Origin: Planctomycetota bacterium
GTDB taxonomy: Bacteria; Planctomycetota; B15-G4; SIAN01
Direction: 5' to 3'
DNA length: 64,000 nucleotides
Assembly: GCA_016795285.1 (NCBI GenBank)
Contig: JAEUIC010000019.1
Coordinates: forward strand, 10,442 to 74,441
Position numbers and translations under genes: made by a program. Of this stretch, positions 52,832 to 62,309 are shown piece by piece. Under the pieces are notes generated by a model. The model saw nothing but the letters and a program-made list of their open reading frames with translations. It was not told the DNA's origin and did not search any database. Numbering within the stretch: the first letter of the stretch is position 1; each line of letters begins with the position of its first letter.

Positions 52832-53941
52832 TCACGACGAGGCGCTGCTCTCGTCGGCCGCAGGCGCCTCGGGGGGCGTCGCGGGCGTTCCGGCCGAGGG
52901 TTCCGCGGAGGACTCCGCCGCAGGTTCGGCGGGAGCCGCCGCGCGCGGAGCGGCGGCCGCCGGCATCCCGGGCGCTCCCGCTTCGCCGGGCCCCACCAGC
53001 GATCCGTCGGCGCGGATCGCCTGCAGGTTGATCTCCCAGCCGGTCAGCCGGCTGGCGAGACGGACGTTCTGGCCGCGCCGCCCGATCGCCAGCGAGAGCT
53101 GGTCCTCGGTGACGCGGACGGTCGCGACGTTCTTCGCGGGGTCGAGCTTGATGTCGGCGATCTCGGCCGGTCGCAGCGCATTCAGGATCAGCGCCTCGAC
53201 CGACTCGTTCCAGCGGATGATGTCGATCTTCTCGCCGTTCAGCTCTTCGGTGATCGACTTGATGCGCGTGCCGCGGATGCCGACGCAGGCGCCGATGCAG
53301 TCGACGCGCATGTCGGCCGAGGCGACCGCGATCTTGGTGCGGTAGCCCGGTTCGCGCGCGACGCGCTTGATCTCGATCACGCCGTCGGCGATCTCGGGGA
53401 CCTCGATCTCGAAGAGGCGGCGCACGAGGTCGGGATTGGTGCGCGACAGGATGATGCGGACGCGCAGGCCGACCTTCTTCACCTCGGTGATCAGCGCCTT
53501 CACGCGATCGCCGACGGCGTAGTTCTCGCTGCGGACGATCTCGGAGCGCGGCAGGATCCCCTCGCACTTGCCGAGGTTCACGATGTAGTTGCCCGCCTCG
53601 ACGCGCTGCACCGTGCCGGTCACGAGCTGGCCCATCTTCTCGGCGTACTGGCCGAGCACGACGTCCTGCTCCGCCTCGCGGTGGCGCTGGATCATCACTT
53701 GCTTGGCGACCTGCGCGCCGATGCGGCCGAGATCGACGAGCTCGACCTTCTGATCGCCCTTGAACGCCTCGACCTTGCCGGTGCGACGATCGATGTGGAC
53801 CTGCAGCTCCTCGCCGACCTCGAGCTTCTTGCGCGCGGCGCTGGCCAGCGCAAACTCGAGCGACTGGAACAGGTACTCCTTGTCGATGTCCTTGTCCCGA
53901 TGGAGGGCGTCGATGATCCGAAGAATCTCTGCGCCGTCCAT
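52832..53941 (-). CDS. nusA: Transcription termination/antitermination factor NusA (short form without C-terminal AR repeats)
   Basis: N-terminal MDGAEILRIIDALHRDKDIDKEYLFQSLEFAL, S1 and tandem KH regions. 63 nt upstream of infB. Confidence 0.95.
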   Translation of the reverse strand: MDGAEILRIIDALHRDKDIDKEYLFQSLEFALASAARKKLEVGEELQVHIDRRTGKVEAFKGDQKVELVDLGRIGAQVAKQVMIQRHREAEQDVVLGQYAEKMGQLVTGTVQRVEAGNYIVNLGKCEGILPRSEIVRSENYAVGDRVKALITEVKKVGLRVRIILSRTNPDLVRRLFEIEVPEIADGVIEIKRVAREPGYRTKIAVASADMRVDCIGACVGIRGTRIKSITEELNGEKIDIIRWNESVEALILNALRPAEIADIKLDPAKNVATVRVTEDQLSLAIGRRGQNVRLASRLTGWEINLQAIRADGSLVGPGEAGAPGMPAAAAPRAAAPAEPAAESSAEPSAGTPATPPEAPAADESSASS

Positions 53942-54076
53942 GAAAGGACCCCCCGTGCACCGGAGCCTCTTTGCAGCGCGCCGGTCTCCGGGCCGAGGCG
54001 CACCGCGCTCCTCCCCAAACGCCTACGTCTCCGACCCTCTCGCCGCCGCGGTCGCGGTGACGAGCTGGACGGAGAC

Positions 54077-54104
54077 GAAAAAAAGTGGGCAGGGCCCACT
54101 TCTT
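54077..54104 (-). terminator. Intrinsic-terminator-like hairpin in the nusA leader (candidate autoregulatory attenuator)
   Basis: Minus-strand 5'-AAAGAA-GTGGGC-CCT-GCCCAC-TTTTTTT-3', located about 135 nt upstream of the nusA start codon. Confidence 0.45.
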
Positions 54105-54218
54105 TGCGCGGCGCCAGGAAAAAGCGGGGGGATCGTAACGAGGGGGACCGACCCGGGTCAACCGAGCGCTTTCAGATCAGCCGTCGCAAACTGGCCTCGG
54201 CGAACGGGTTGGAGCCAT

Positions 54219-56177
54219 CTGCGCCAAGCCGTCGTAGGGCTCCTCCTGGCCCTCTCGGGGGGCCACGAGGCGACGGCGCAGGGCGAGTCCGCCGAATTGC
54301 ATCCGCTGCTCGAGCTCGGGAAGGAGTGGCTGCTCGCCGCGCCGGAGCAGTCTGGATCGCTTTCCGATCAGCTGGAGCGCGCCCTCGCGACGGCGCTCGA
54401 GCTGCCCGATGGGGTCGCCCTCGAGGCGCTGCGCCGTCTGCCGTTCGTGAGCGCCCGCACCACCGGCGACGAGCCGGGCGTGGAGGCGGCCGCCATCGCG
54501 CTCGACGGCGACCGCCTGCGCGACCGCCTCTGGGTCGAGCGAGCGGCCAGTGAACCGCTGCCGCGCGCGCGGACGCTGCTCGCCGCCGCCGACGCTCGCG
54601 CGACTGCCGGCGAACTCTCCTCGGCCACCGCCTCGCTGGTGCGCTGGTGGTACGCGCGCACGGCGCCGTTCGAAGCGGCGCGCCCGCTCTTCGAGCAGAG
54701 CCTCGCGCCGACCTTCGAGCGGGCGAGCGACGCGCGCGACGCCTTCACCCGCCTCGTCACCGCCGGGTTGCGTCAAGGGCGGGCGCACGAGGTGGCCGCG
54801 CTCCAGTCGGAGCTCGCCGTCGCCCATCCCGAGCAGCCGGCAGTGCGCCTCGAGGCGGCGGCGAGCTGGCTCCTGGCGAGCGTGCAGGGCCACGGCGCGA
54901 TCGACGCGCACGCGCTCGCTGCCGCACGCACCGAGCTGGCGGCGGTGCGCGCGGCCGTCGACGGTCGGCTCGACACGGCAGCGCTCGAGCAGCGCGGCAG
55001 CGCCGAGCTCGGCGTCGCTTGGCTCGCGCTCCTCACTGGCGACTCGAGCGCCGCACATGGCGCGCTCGAGCGGGCCGCCCGGCCGCCGCGCCCGCTGCTG
55101 GCGCAGGAGGACGCGCTCCACGCGCAGCAGCTGCGCGTCGCGATGGTCGCCGCCTTCGTCCGGAGCGGTGACGGAGCCGCCGCGACGGACGCCCAGGAAC
55201 GCTTCGCAGCGGCGCTCGCCGCAGCGCCGGTCGACCAGACCCGCTCGATCGCCAACGACGCCTGGTTCGGGTCGTTCGGGCCGCTCTTCGGGCGGGAGTT
55301 GCTGCTCCTCGCGGGCCGCGCGGCGGAGTGGTGCGCGGTCGGCCACGAACTGCAGGACGCTCTCGAGGCGAGCCACGGTCGCCACGGCCACGGGCTGCTC
55401 GCGCGCAGCAGTGCCGACGACGAGGCGACCGCCGCGCGCCCCGCCGCGTGGTGCTTCCTCGGCGTCGCCGAGGGGCTGCTCGTTGGCTGCGGCGACCCCG
55501 CCGCGGCGGCCGCGCTGCTGGCGCCGCGCCTCGCGCCGCTCGAAGCGAGTTCCGACTGGAGCTTGCGCGAGCTCGCCGGCGAGACCGAGCTCCTGCGCGC
55601 CCGCATCGAGCTGCAGCGCGGCGACCCCACGGCCGCGCTGGCGGCCTGCGACACCGCGCTGCGCATCGCTCGCGAGATCCACTCCGGGTTGGTGGCGGAC
55701 CATTGGCAGCGCCAGGCGCAAGGCGAGGTCCCGCCGCCCCCCGCCGCCCAGCGGATCGGCCGCAGCGAGCTGCCCTCCGCGAACCTCGTGGTCCGCGCGC
55801 TGGTGACCCGCTCCGGCGTGAAAGCGACGCTGCTCGGCGATGCGATCGGCGCCGCGCACGACCTCTTCGAGGCGGGGAGCGCGTGGCCGTGGGATGGCGA
55901 TCGCTGGCTGCGTTGCGCCACCGACTTCGCGCGCCGTGGCCGCCTCGCGGAGGCGCGCGCCTGCCTCCTGCGCGTCGACCCGACCGTCGACCGCGCCTAC
56001 GACCTCGCCTGCTTCCACGCGTGGTGCGGCGAGACCGACGCCGCGTTGGCGCAGCTCGAGCGCCACCTCGGCTGGGCAGGCCGCACGCCGGCGACGCGCG
56101 CGCAGGAAGTGCGCTACGCTGCTCGCGACCACGACCTCGCCGCGCTGCGCGATCACCCGCGCTTCCCGCGCTCCTGA
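54219..56177 (+). CDS. Ala/Leu-rich helical-repeat (TPR-like) protein; start codon unresolved
   Basis: Plus frame 53760..56177 has sensible composition from about 54220 onward (LRQAVVGLLLALSGGHEATAQG... then Ala-rich helical repeats). It ends 50 nt before thiS. No in-frame ATG/GTG near the hydrophobic N-terminus; the nearest candidates are CTG at 54219 or TTG at 54297. The opposing ORF 54177..56828 is S/R-rich junk. Confidence 0.4.
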   Translation: MRQAVVGLLLALSGGHEATAQGESAELHPLLELGKEWLLAAPEQSGSLSDQLERALATALELPDGVALEALRRLPFVSARTTGDEPGVEAAAIALDGDRLRDRLWVERAASEPLPRARTLLAAADARATAGELSSATASLVRWWYARTAPFEAARPLFEQSLAPTFERASDARDAFTRLVTAGLRQGRAHEVAALQSELAVAHPEQPAVRLEAAASWLLASVQGHGAIDAHALAAARTELAAVRAAVDGRLDTAALEQRGSAELGVAWLALLTGDSSAAHGALERAARPPRPLLAQEDALHAQQLRVAMVAAFVRSGDGAAATDAQERFAAALAAAPVDQTRSIANDAWFGSFGPLFGRELLLLAGRAAEWCAVGHELQDALEASHGRHGHGLLARSSADDEATAARPAAWCFLGVAEGLLVGCGDPAAAAALLAPRLAPLEASSDWSLRELAGETELLRARIELQRGDPTAALAACDTALRIAREIHSGLVADHWQRQAQGEVPPPPAAQRIGRSELPSANLVVRALVTRSGVKATLLGDAIGAAHDLFEAGSAWPWDGDRWLRCATDFARRGRLAEARACLLRVDPTVDRAYDLACFHAWCGETDAALAQLERHLGWAGRTPATRAQEVRYAARDHDLAALRDHPRFPRS

Positions 56178-56226
56178 CCGGCGCGCGCGGCGTCGCCCGA
56201 ACTTCGCACCGAAGATCGCACCGAAG

Positions 56227-56436
56227 ATGCCGTCCCCCATCACCATCGAGTTGAACGGCGAACCGCGCTCGCTGCCGGCGCCGCTCACCGTGCGCGAGCT
56301 GCTGGAGCTGCTGGCGCTGCCGGCGCCGCGGCTCGCGGTCGAGTTGAACCGCGAGCTGCTGCCGCGCGCCGACTTCGAGCGGCGGCTCGCGGACGGGGAT
56401 CGGCTGGAGATCGTCACCTTCGTCGGAGGCGGCTGA
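56227..56436 (+). CDS. thiS: Sulfur carrier protein ThiS
   Basis: 69 aa, MPSPITIELNGEPRSL...DGDRLEIVTFVGGG with the C-terminal Gly-Gly. Immediately followed by thiG. Confidence 0.85.
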   Translation: MPSPITIELNGEPRSLPAPLTVRELLELLALPAPRLAVELNRELLPRADFERRLADGDRLEIVTFVGGG

Positions 56437-57291
56437 ATGGACCCCCTGCGCACCCCATCCCCGAATGCACCGCCCGCGGGCCGCTCGGCCGCGATCGATC
56501 CGCTGCTCGCCGACGAGCCGCTCTGCATCGGTCGCCACGCCTTCCGCTCGCGACTGCTGCTCGGCACCGGCAAGTACCCGAGCCACGACGTCATGCGCGC
56601 CTGCCACGAGGCGTCGGGCACCGAGTGCGTCACCGTCGCGGTGCGGCGCGTCGACCTCTCCGGCCGCGAGAAGAGCCTGCTCGACTGGATCGACCGCGAC
56701 CGCATCACCCTGCTGCCCAACACCGCCGGCTGCTTCACCGTCGACGACGCGCTGCGCACGGCGCGGCTCGGCCGCGAGGCGGGACTCTCGGAGCTCGTCA
56801 AGCTCGAGGTGCTGGCCGATCCCGGCACGCTGCTGCCCGATCCGGTGGCGACGCTCGAGGCGACCCGCGTGCTGGTGAAGGAGGGGTTCGTGGTGCTCGC
56901 CTACTGCAGCGACGACCCGATCCTCGCGCGCCGTCTCGAGGAGGCGGGCGCCGCCGCGGTGATGCCGCTCGGTTCGCCGATCGGCTCCGGCCAGGGGATC
57001 AACAACCCGCGCAACATCCGCCTCATCAAGGCGTCGCTGCGCGTGCCGGTGCTGGTCGACGCTGGCGTCGGCACCCCGTCCGACGTGACGCTCGCCTTCG
57101 AGATGGGCGTCGACGGCGTGCTGCTCAACACGGCGGTGGCGCTGGCGCGCGAGCCGGCGCGCATGGCCGCCGCGATGAAGCACGCCTACCTCGCCGGCCG
57201 CATCGGCTTCCTCGCCGGCCGGATCGCGGTCACGGAGCACGGCCAAGCGAGCAGCCCCGAACACGGCAAGATCGCGGCGGCCCCCCGATGA
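56437..57291 (+). CDS. thiG: Thiazole synthase
   Basis: …LLLGTGKY…LLPNTAGC… and [13 protein letters not shown]... are ThiG hallmarks. Confidence 0.95.
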   Translation: MDPLRTPSPNAPPAGRSAAIDPLLADEPLCIGRHAFRSRLLLGTGKYPSHDVMRACHEASGTECVTVAVRRVDLSGREKSLLDWIDRDRITLLPNTAGCFTVDDALRTARLGREAGLSELVKLEVLADPGTLLPDPVATLEATRVLVKEGFVVLAYCSDDPILARRLEEAGAAAVMPLGSPIGSGQGINNPRNIRLIKASLRVPVLVDAGVGTPSDVTLAFEMGVDGVLLNTAVALAREPARMAAAMKHAYLAGRIGFLAGRIAVTEHGQASSPEHGKIAAAPR

Positions 57292-58190
57292 GCACGGCGC
57301 GGCCACGCCGCGTCGAACCCGCGTTGCTCGCCGAGCAGCGCCTCGCCAGCACGCTGGCCGCGATCGACTTCGCCGCCGTCTGGGCCGCCGCCGCCGAGCG
57401 GCCGCTCTCGCAGTCGCGCGGCGGCCCCTGCCGCATCTGCAGCGGCCGCTTCGGGCCGGTCATCGACACGACGGAGCTCTTCCGCGGCACCTGCTTCCTC
57501 ACCGCGCACGGCTTGCGCGGCGAGTCGCTGGTGCTGAAGCAAGTGACCAGCACGAAGCACCGCGAGGACTTGGACAGCGTCCCGCCGATGGACGCGATCA
57601 CCGTCTTCGAGGCGCTCGCGCGCGCTGAGTCGTTCCTCGCGACGGGCGGCGACGAGCGCTTCCCCGAGACGTCGCCCGGCCGGCGCGGCCACGTCTCGAT
57701 CGCCAAGCGCCACCACGACGGCGGCCACGGCACGCAATCGCTCACGCTGCACGCCACGCCGCCGAAGTGGCTGCTGCGCGAGCGCGAGTTCGTCGCGCGC
57801 CACGGCGCCGGCCTCCCCTCCTTCCTCGAGACGCGCACGCCGGCCGACCTGCTGGTCGGCGAGTTCCGCGGCGGCCTCGCGGCGGCGGTCGCGGCCGCGC
57901 CGCAGCGCGCGTTCGAGCTCTACATCTGGTGCCGGCCGGGCGCGACCGGCGCGCTCTCCGACTTGAGCGGCAACCAGCGCTGGGGGCTCGCGCAGGCGAT
58001 CCGCGAGCTGACCGGCGCGCTGCGCCTCGAGCTCGCGGTGCGCGGGCTGCCCGCCGACTACGGCTGGCGGCTGGTCGCGGGCGCCGGCATCGAGCCGTAC
58101 GTGCGGCTGGTGACGCCGCGCACGCTGCAGGTCGCCGACGGCCCGCGCGACTGGGTCGAGAAGTTGCGCTCCCACATCGGCGTCGAGTGA
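57288..58190 (+). CDS. Hypothetical protein (300 aa) start-coupled to thiG
   Basis: ATG at 57288 overlaps the thiG stop (ATGA). [17 protein letters not shown]...[27 protein letters not shown]...[14 protein letters not shown].... No GxGxxG, so not ThiF/ThiO. No family recognised. Confidence 0.5.
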   Translation: MSTARPRRVEPALLAEQRLASTLAAIDFAAVWAAAAERPLSQSRGGPCRICSGRFGPVIDTTELFRGTCFLTAHGLRGESLVLKQVTSTKHREDLDSVPPMDAITVFEALARAESFLATGGDERFPETSPGRRGHVSIAKRHHDGGHGTQSLTLHATPPKWLLREREFVARHGAGLPSFLETRTPADLLVGEFRGGLAAAVAAAPQRAFELYIWCRPGATGALSDLSGNQRWGLAQAIRELTGALRLELAVRGLPADYGWRLVAGAGIEPYVRLVTPRTLQVADGPRDWVEKLRSHIGVE

Positions 58191-58236
58191 CGCGCCGCGC
58201 CCGGACGACGCGTCGCAAGCCGTCGACGGATCGATT

Positions 58237-59376
58237 TCAGTCGACGCGCCACGCCGGCAGGTAGGTCGCGCCCTCGAACTCGAAGCCGCGCGCCGCGAGC
58301 TTCGTCGCGAAGTCGGGCAGGTGCGCCGCGCCGTAGAAGAGCGCGAGCCAGCGCCCCGCCGCCCCTTCCGCGAGCTCCTCGTCCAGCACGCGCAGCGCGG
58401 CGTCGTTGCGCCAGTCGAGCAGCACCTCGGAGAGCCCCTTCATCTGCAGCGCCATCATCGAGTCGGCCATCGCCAGCGCCGCGGCGACCTGCCGCTTCAG
58501 CATGGCGCGCATGCGCGGATCGACGCCCGCTTGCGCGAGATCGAGGCCGCCGAGCACCATCTTCAAGAGCCCCTGCACCAGCGGGCTGTCGGTCGGCAGC
58601 GCGACGCCGCGCGCATCAAGCTCGCCGGTGAGCGACCCGAAGTCGACGTCGGCGTTGCGCCAGAAGCGGCGCTGGTAGTCGAGGCCGTCCTTCTGGAAGG
58701 TGAGGCCGAGCGCGGCGTTCAGCCGCAGCTGCAGCTCGAAGAGCGCGTCCATGCGCGCGATCTGCTCGTCGCTCGGCGGCGCATCGCCCGCCTTCGGGCC
58801 GACCCCCTCGAAGAGCACGACGTCGCACGAATCGAGCACGTCCTGCAGCGCGTCGTAGTAGGAGCGATCGGCGATGTGCACCGCGCCGACCAGGAAGAGC
58901 GTGGTGCGCGTCGGCGCATGGAAGAAGCGGCCGACGCCGATCTCGAGCGCGCCGGGCGCATCGCCGCGCGGCGCCGTGAAGCGGGTCCAGCTCTTCGGCG
59001 GCGCCCCGTCCGGCTCGTCGAGCCAGAGCGGCCGGAAGAGATCGGGCGGTGCGTCGCCGACCACGAGGCTGCGCACGAGCGTCCGCGGCAGCTCGAGCTC
59101 GCCGCGCTCGCGATCGCGGAAGCGGACGTGGTGGCCGCCCGCGCCGGGCCGCAGGTCGACGCGCGCCTCGAGCAGCTCGCCGACGAGTTCGCGCCCGCTC
59201 TTCAGCACCACGCGATCCTCGCTGCGCGGCGCGGTCGCCGGCTGCGGCGCAGCGGGCGCGGCGCTCGACCCACCCGCCGCCGCGAACGCCAAGCCCGCCA
59301 GGCCCGCGAGCCGCAGCACGACGCTGCCGAGGACGGAGCCGACGACGGAACGGAGGGCGAAGGGGCGATCGATCAC
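58237..59376 (-). CDS. TraB/GumN-family protein (secreted)
   Basis: Signal peptide. ...TLFLVGAVHIADRSYYD...CDVVLFEGV...LALFYGAAHL motifs of the TraB/PrgY/GumN family. Confidence 0.65.
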   Translation of the reverse strand: MIDRPFALRSVVGSVLGSVVLRLAGLAGLAFAAAGGSSAAPAAPQPATAPRSEDRVVLKSGRELVGELLEARVDLRPGAGGHHVRFRDRERGELELPRTLVRSLVVGDAPPDLFRPLWLDEPDGAPPKSWTRFTAPRGDAPGALEIGVGRFFHAPTRTTLFLVGAVHIADRSYYDALQDVLDSCDVVLFEGVGPKAGDAPPSDEQIARMDALFELQLRLNAALGLTFQKDGLDYQRRFWRNADVDFGSLTGELDARGVALPTDSPLVQGLLKMVLGGLDLAQAGVDPRMRAMLKRQVAAALAMADSMMALQMKGLSEVLLDWRNDAALRVLDEELAEGAAGRWLALFYGAAHLPDFATKLAARGFEFEGATYLPAWRVD

Positions 59377-59406
59377 GGCGCTGCTCCTAGGGGGCCGGTG
59401 GGCACG

Positions 59407-60044
59407 CTACCGCCGCGCGCGCGGGAAGCGGCCGTCGCGCAGGAAAGCGACCACATGGGCATGCACGGCGCGATCGCGCAGCACGCCGGTGTGGGTCGAG
59501 AGGAGGCGGACGTGGTCGCACTCGCCGACGAGGTGGGTGCTCGCCTCGGGGACGAGGTGGTCGAGCCGCGCCGCGATGATCCCGACCTCGACGCCGGGCA
59601 GCGCGGCGAGCTGCCGCACGCGGCTGTCGGCGTGGTCGGAGAGCTCGCGCAACGCCGGCAGCAGCCCGCCGAGCAGCGGCGCGAGCCAGCGCGCCACCGG
59701 CGAGCCGCGATTGGGCGGCACCAGCATCACCACGCGCCCGAGCGTCGCCGGCCGCGCCAGCGCCAACGCGGCGCGCGCGACCACGTTGCCCATGCTGTGG
59801 CCGACGACATGGAGGCGCGCTCCGCCCGCCGTCGCCTCCAGGCGGGCGAGTTCCGCCGCGAAGGCGCGCGCATGGCCATCGAGCGAGCCGCGCACGCTCG
59901 GATAGCCGAAGCGACAGGTGGCGAAGCCGTCGCGTTCGAGCGACCGCGCCAGCGAGCCGAGCGAGCGCGGCGTGCGCAGCAAGCCGTGCACGAGCACGAC
60001 GAGTTCGCGCGGCGGCGGTGGCGATCGCTTCGGTGGCGTGACCA
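59407..60044 (-). CDS. Alpha/beta-hydrolase (lipase/esterase-like)
   Basis: VVLVHGLL..., nucleophile elbow VVGHSMGN. ATG at 60044 (MVTPPKRS). Confidence 0.7.
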
Positions 60045-60108
60045 TGGTGCTCCCGGGCCGAAAGACTAGTCTGCCGCCCCGCTGCACCGAGCCCGGTCGG
60101 GAGATCTC

Positions 60109-61260
60109 ATGGCCTCGTCGCTGCTGGCCGCGCTGGCCGCTTCGCTCTGCACCTCCCTCGCGCCGCGCCCGCCGCTACCGCCGGCAGCCGCTCCGCAGCA
60201 GACGCCCCCCGTCGCCGATCCGACCCCGGCGCAATGCGACGAGGCGCTCGAGACCTTCGCCAACTCGCTCGCCGACGTGCAGGCCGCCACGCTCGCCGAT
60301 CTCGCCGCGACGCTCGACGCGCTGCCGGCCGGCCCCTTGCGCAAGCAGCGCGAGCGCGCCGCGAAGGGGCTCACCGTCGTCCCGGCGATCGGACCACCGC
60401 CCTTCTTCTCGCCGCAGGAGTTCACCCCCGGCGAGGCGGCGCGCGGCCGCGTCGTGCGCGCGCCGGTGACGCCGGAGAGCGAGGATGCCGCTGCGCAGCG
60501 CGGCCGCTTCCGTCCGTGGGAGAACGACCCGCCCTTCTTCGGCGTGGTCGAGTGGGACTGGGCGGGCGATCGGGCGGTGCGCCGGCAGGAGGCGCCGATC
60601 GACGGCTACGGCCAGCTCTGGAATGCGCTGAACGGCTACGACCGCGACAGCGACCTGCTGGTGGCGTCCCTCCTCGCGCGCTTCGACTTCGAGGAGAAGC
60701 TCGACGCGAAGGCCGACTACTTCGCGCACTCCTACTGCGACCTCGCCGGCCACGTCTATCCCGAGATCACGCTCCACGACGCCTGGTCGTCGGGCACCGG
60801 CATGGACATGCCCGACGTCGACACCATCGCGTGGGCGCGCCGGATCATGAACGACAAGTCGTACGTCGCGCCGCTGCCGGCCGACGCGCGCCGGCAGAAG
60901 CTCTACGACTCGCTCAGCGCCGGCTTCCTCGAGTGGTTCCGCTACTGGGTCTGGATCGAGGGGGCGGCGCAGATCTGGGTCAACCCCGACGCGCCGCTGC
61001 GCGACGCGCACGAGCCGATGCGCCGCCGCCTGCTCCACCTCTTCGCGACCTGCGACGGCGACGTCGACAAGATCGCCAAGCGGCTGAAGGCGCTGGCGAC
61101 GCGCGACCAGTTCATCGAGGCGATGGACGCGGAGATCGCGGCCGACGCGCGGGCCGATGCGGCCATCGCGAAGTTCGTCGCCAAGCGCAGCGAGGAGCGC
61201 TGGGCGGTGGCGCGCGCCGCCTACGCAGTGCTGCGTCGGCACGGGCTGCTCGACGGCTGA
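60109..61260 (+). CDS. Hypothetical secreted protein
   Basis: Signal peptide MASSLLAALAASLCTSLA. W/Y/F/D-containing normal composition (…WENDPPFFGVVEWDWAGD…YFAHSYCDLAGHVYPEI…). Confidence 0.5.
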   Translation: MASSLLAALAASLCTSLAPRPPLPPAAAPQQTPPVADPTPAQCDEALETFANSLADVQAATLADLAATLDALPAGPLRKQRERAAKGLTVVPAIGPPPFFSPQEFTPGEAARGRVVRAPVTPESEDAAAQRGRFRPWENDPPFFGVVEWDWAGDRAVRRQEAPIDGYGQLWNALNGYDRDSDLLVASLLARFDFEEKLDAKADYFAHSYCDLAGHVYPEITLHDAWSSGTGMDMPDVDTIAWARRIMNDKSYVAPLPADARRQKLYDSLSAGFLEWFRYWVWIEGAAQIWVNPDAPLRDAHEPMRRRLLHLFATCDGDVDKIAKRLKALATRDQFIEAMDAEIAADARADAAIAKFVAKRSEERWAVARAAYAVLRRHGLLDG

Positions 61261-61307
61261 GCGCGCGGCGACGCGGGGCGAGGGGCAGCCGCGTATTGTC
61301 GGGGCGA

Positions 61308-62203
61308 TGAGCGCCACGCCGAACGACCCCGCCCTCCTGCCGCTGCTGCGCGAGCTGCCGCCTCCCGCCGCGCCGGAGGCCGTCGCGCCGAGCGCCGCGC
61401 AGCGCGCGCGCCTGCACGCTGCCCTCGACGCGCTCGGGAGCGTGGCGGTCGCCTTCTCGGGCGGCATCGACTCGACGCTGCTGCTCAAGGTGGCGCACGA
61501 CCGGCTCGGCGCGCGCGCCGTCGGCGTGATCGGCCGCTCGGCGTCGCTGCCGCCCGGCGAGCTCGACGACGCGCGGTCGCTCGCCGCGGCGATCGGCGCG
61601 CGCCTCGTCGAGATCGACACCGACGAGCTCGCCGACCCGAACTACGCCGCGAATCCCGTGAACCGCTGCTACTTCTGCAAGAGCGAGCTCTACCGCCACG
61701 TCCTGCCGTGGGCGCGCGCGCACGGCTTCGCGCACGTCGCGGACGGCATGAACGCCGACGACGTCGCCGACGACCGGCCGGGCACGCGCGCGGCCGACGA
61801 GGCGGGAGTGCGCCACCCGCTGCTCGACGCGGGCTTCGGCAAAGCGGCGATCCGCGGCCTCGCGCGCGAGCTTCGCCTCGCGAACTGGGACAAGCCGGCG
61901 CTCGCCTGCCTCTCCTCGCGCGTGCCGCACGGCACCGCGATCGCGCCGGCGATGCTCGACCAGATCGGCCACGCCGAGCTCCTGATCCGGCGGCAGGGCT
62001 TCCCGTCGGTGCGCGTCCGCTGGCACGGCGACGTCGCGCGGATCGAGGTGCCGCCGGACGACGTCGAGCGGCTCTTCGCCGCCCGCGAGCGCGTGGTGGC
62101 TGACGTCCTCTCGACCGGCTTCCGCTTCGTCGCGCTCGACCTCGAGGGCTATCGCAGTGGCTCGCTCCACCGCGCGAGCGGCGCCGGCGCGCCGCCGCGC
62201 TGA
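61308..62203 (+). CDS. PP-loop ATP pyrophosphatase, LarE / TIGR00268-like (sacrificial sulfur transferase family)
   Basis: PP-loop VAFSGGIDSTLLL. Cys-containing CYFCKSELY... and ...LACLSSRVPHG motifs. ATG at 61308. Confidence 0.75.
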
Positions 62204-62309
62204 GGAGCCGCTCGCTGAGCGGTTCTCCGCGCCGAGAGGATCCGCCAGCGAGCCGTCGTCGCGCGGCGCAAGCCGCGCCGCGCGACGACGGATCCCGCGA
62301 ACGGCTCGC

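Noticed and set aside
53942-54400. Expected rimP upstream of nusA
   Set aside because: Only about 135-280 bp lie between the nusA start and the divergent gene, and no RimP-like frame is present. rimP is not adjacent in this genome.
54177-56828. 883-aa minus-strand ORF opposite the TPR-like gene, with the nusA-leader hairpin 70 nt after its stop
   Set aside because: Ser/Arg-rich composition and no motifs. The plus-strand partner is co-directional with thiS-thiG 50 nt downstream and looks like a helical-repeat protein. I reinterpret the hairpin as a nusA leader attenuator and not as this ORF's terminator. Residual uncertainty is acknowledged because the plus-strand gene lacks a canonical start.
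55033-57306. 757-aa minus ORF over thiS/thiG
   Set aside because: Antisense to clear thiS/thiG. R-rich.
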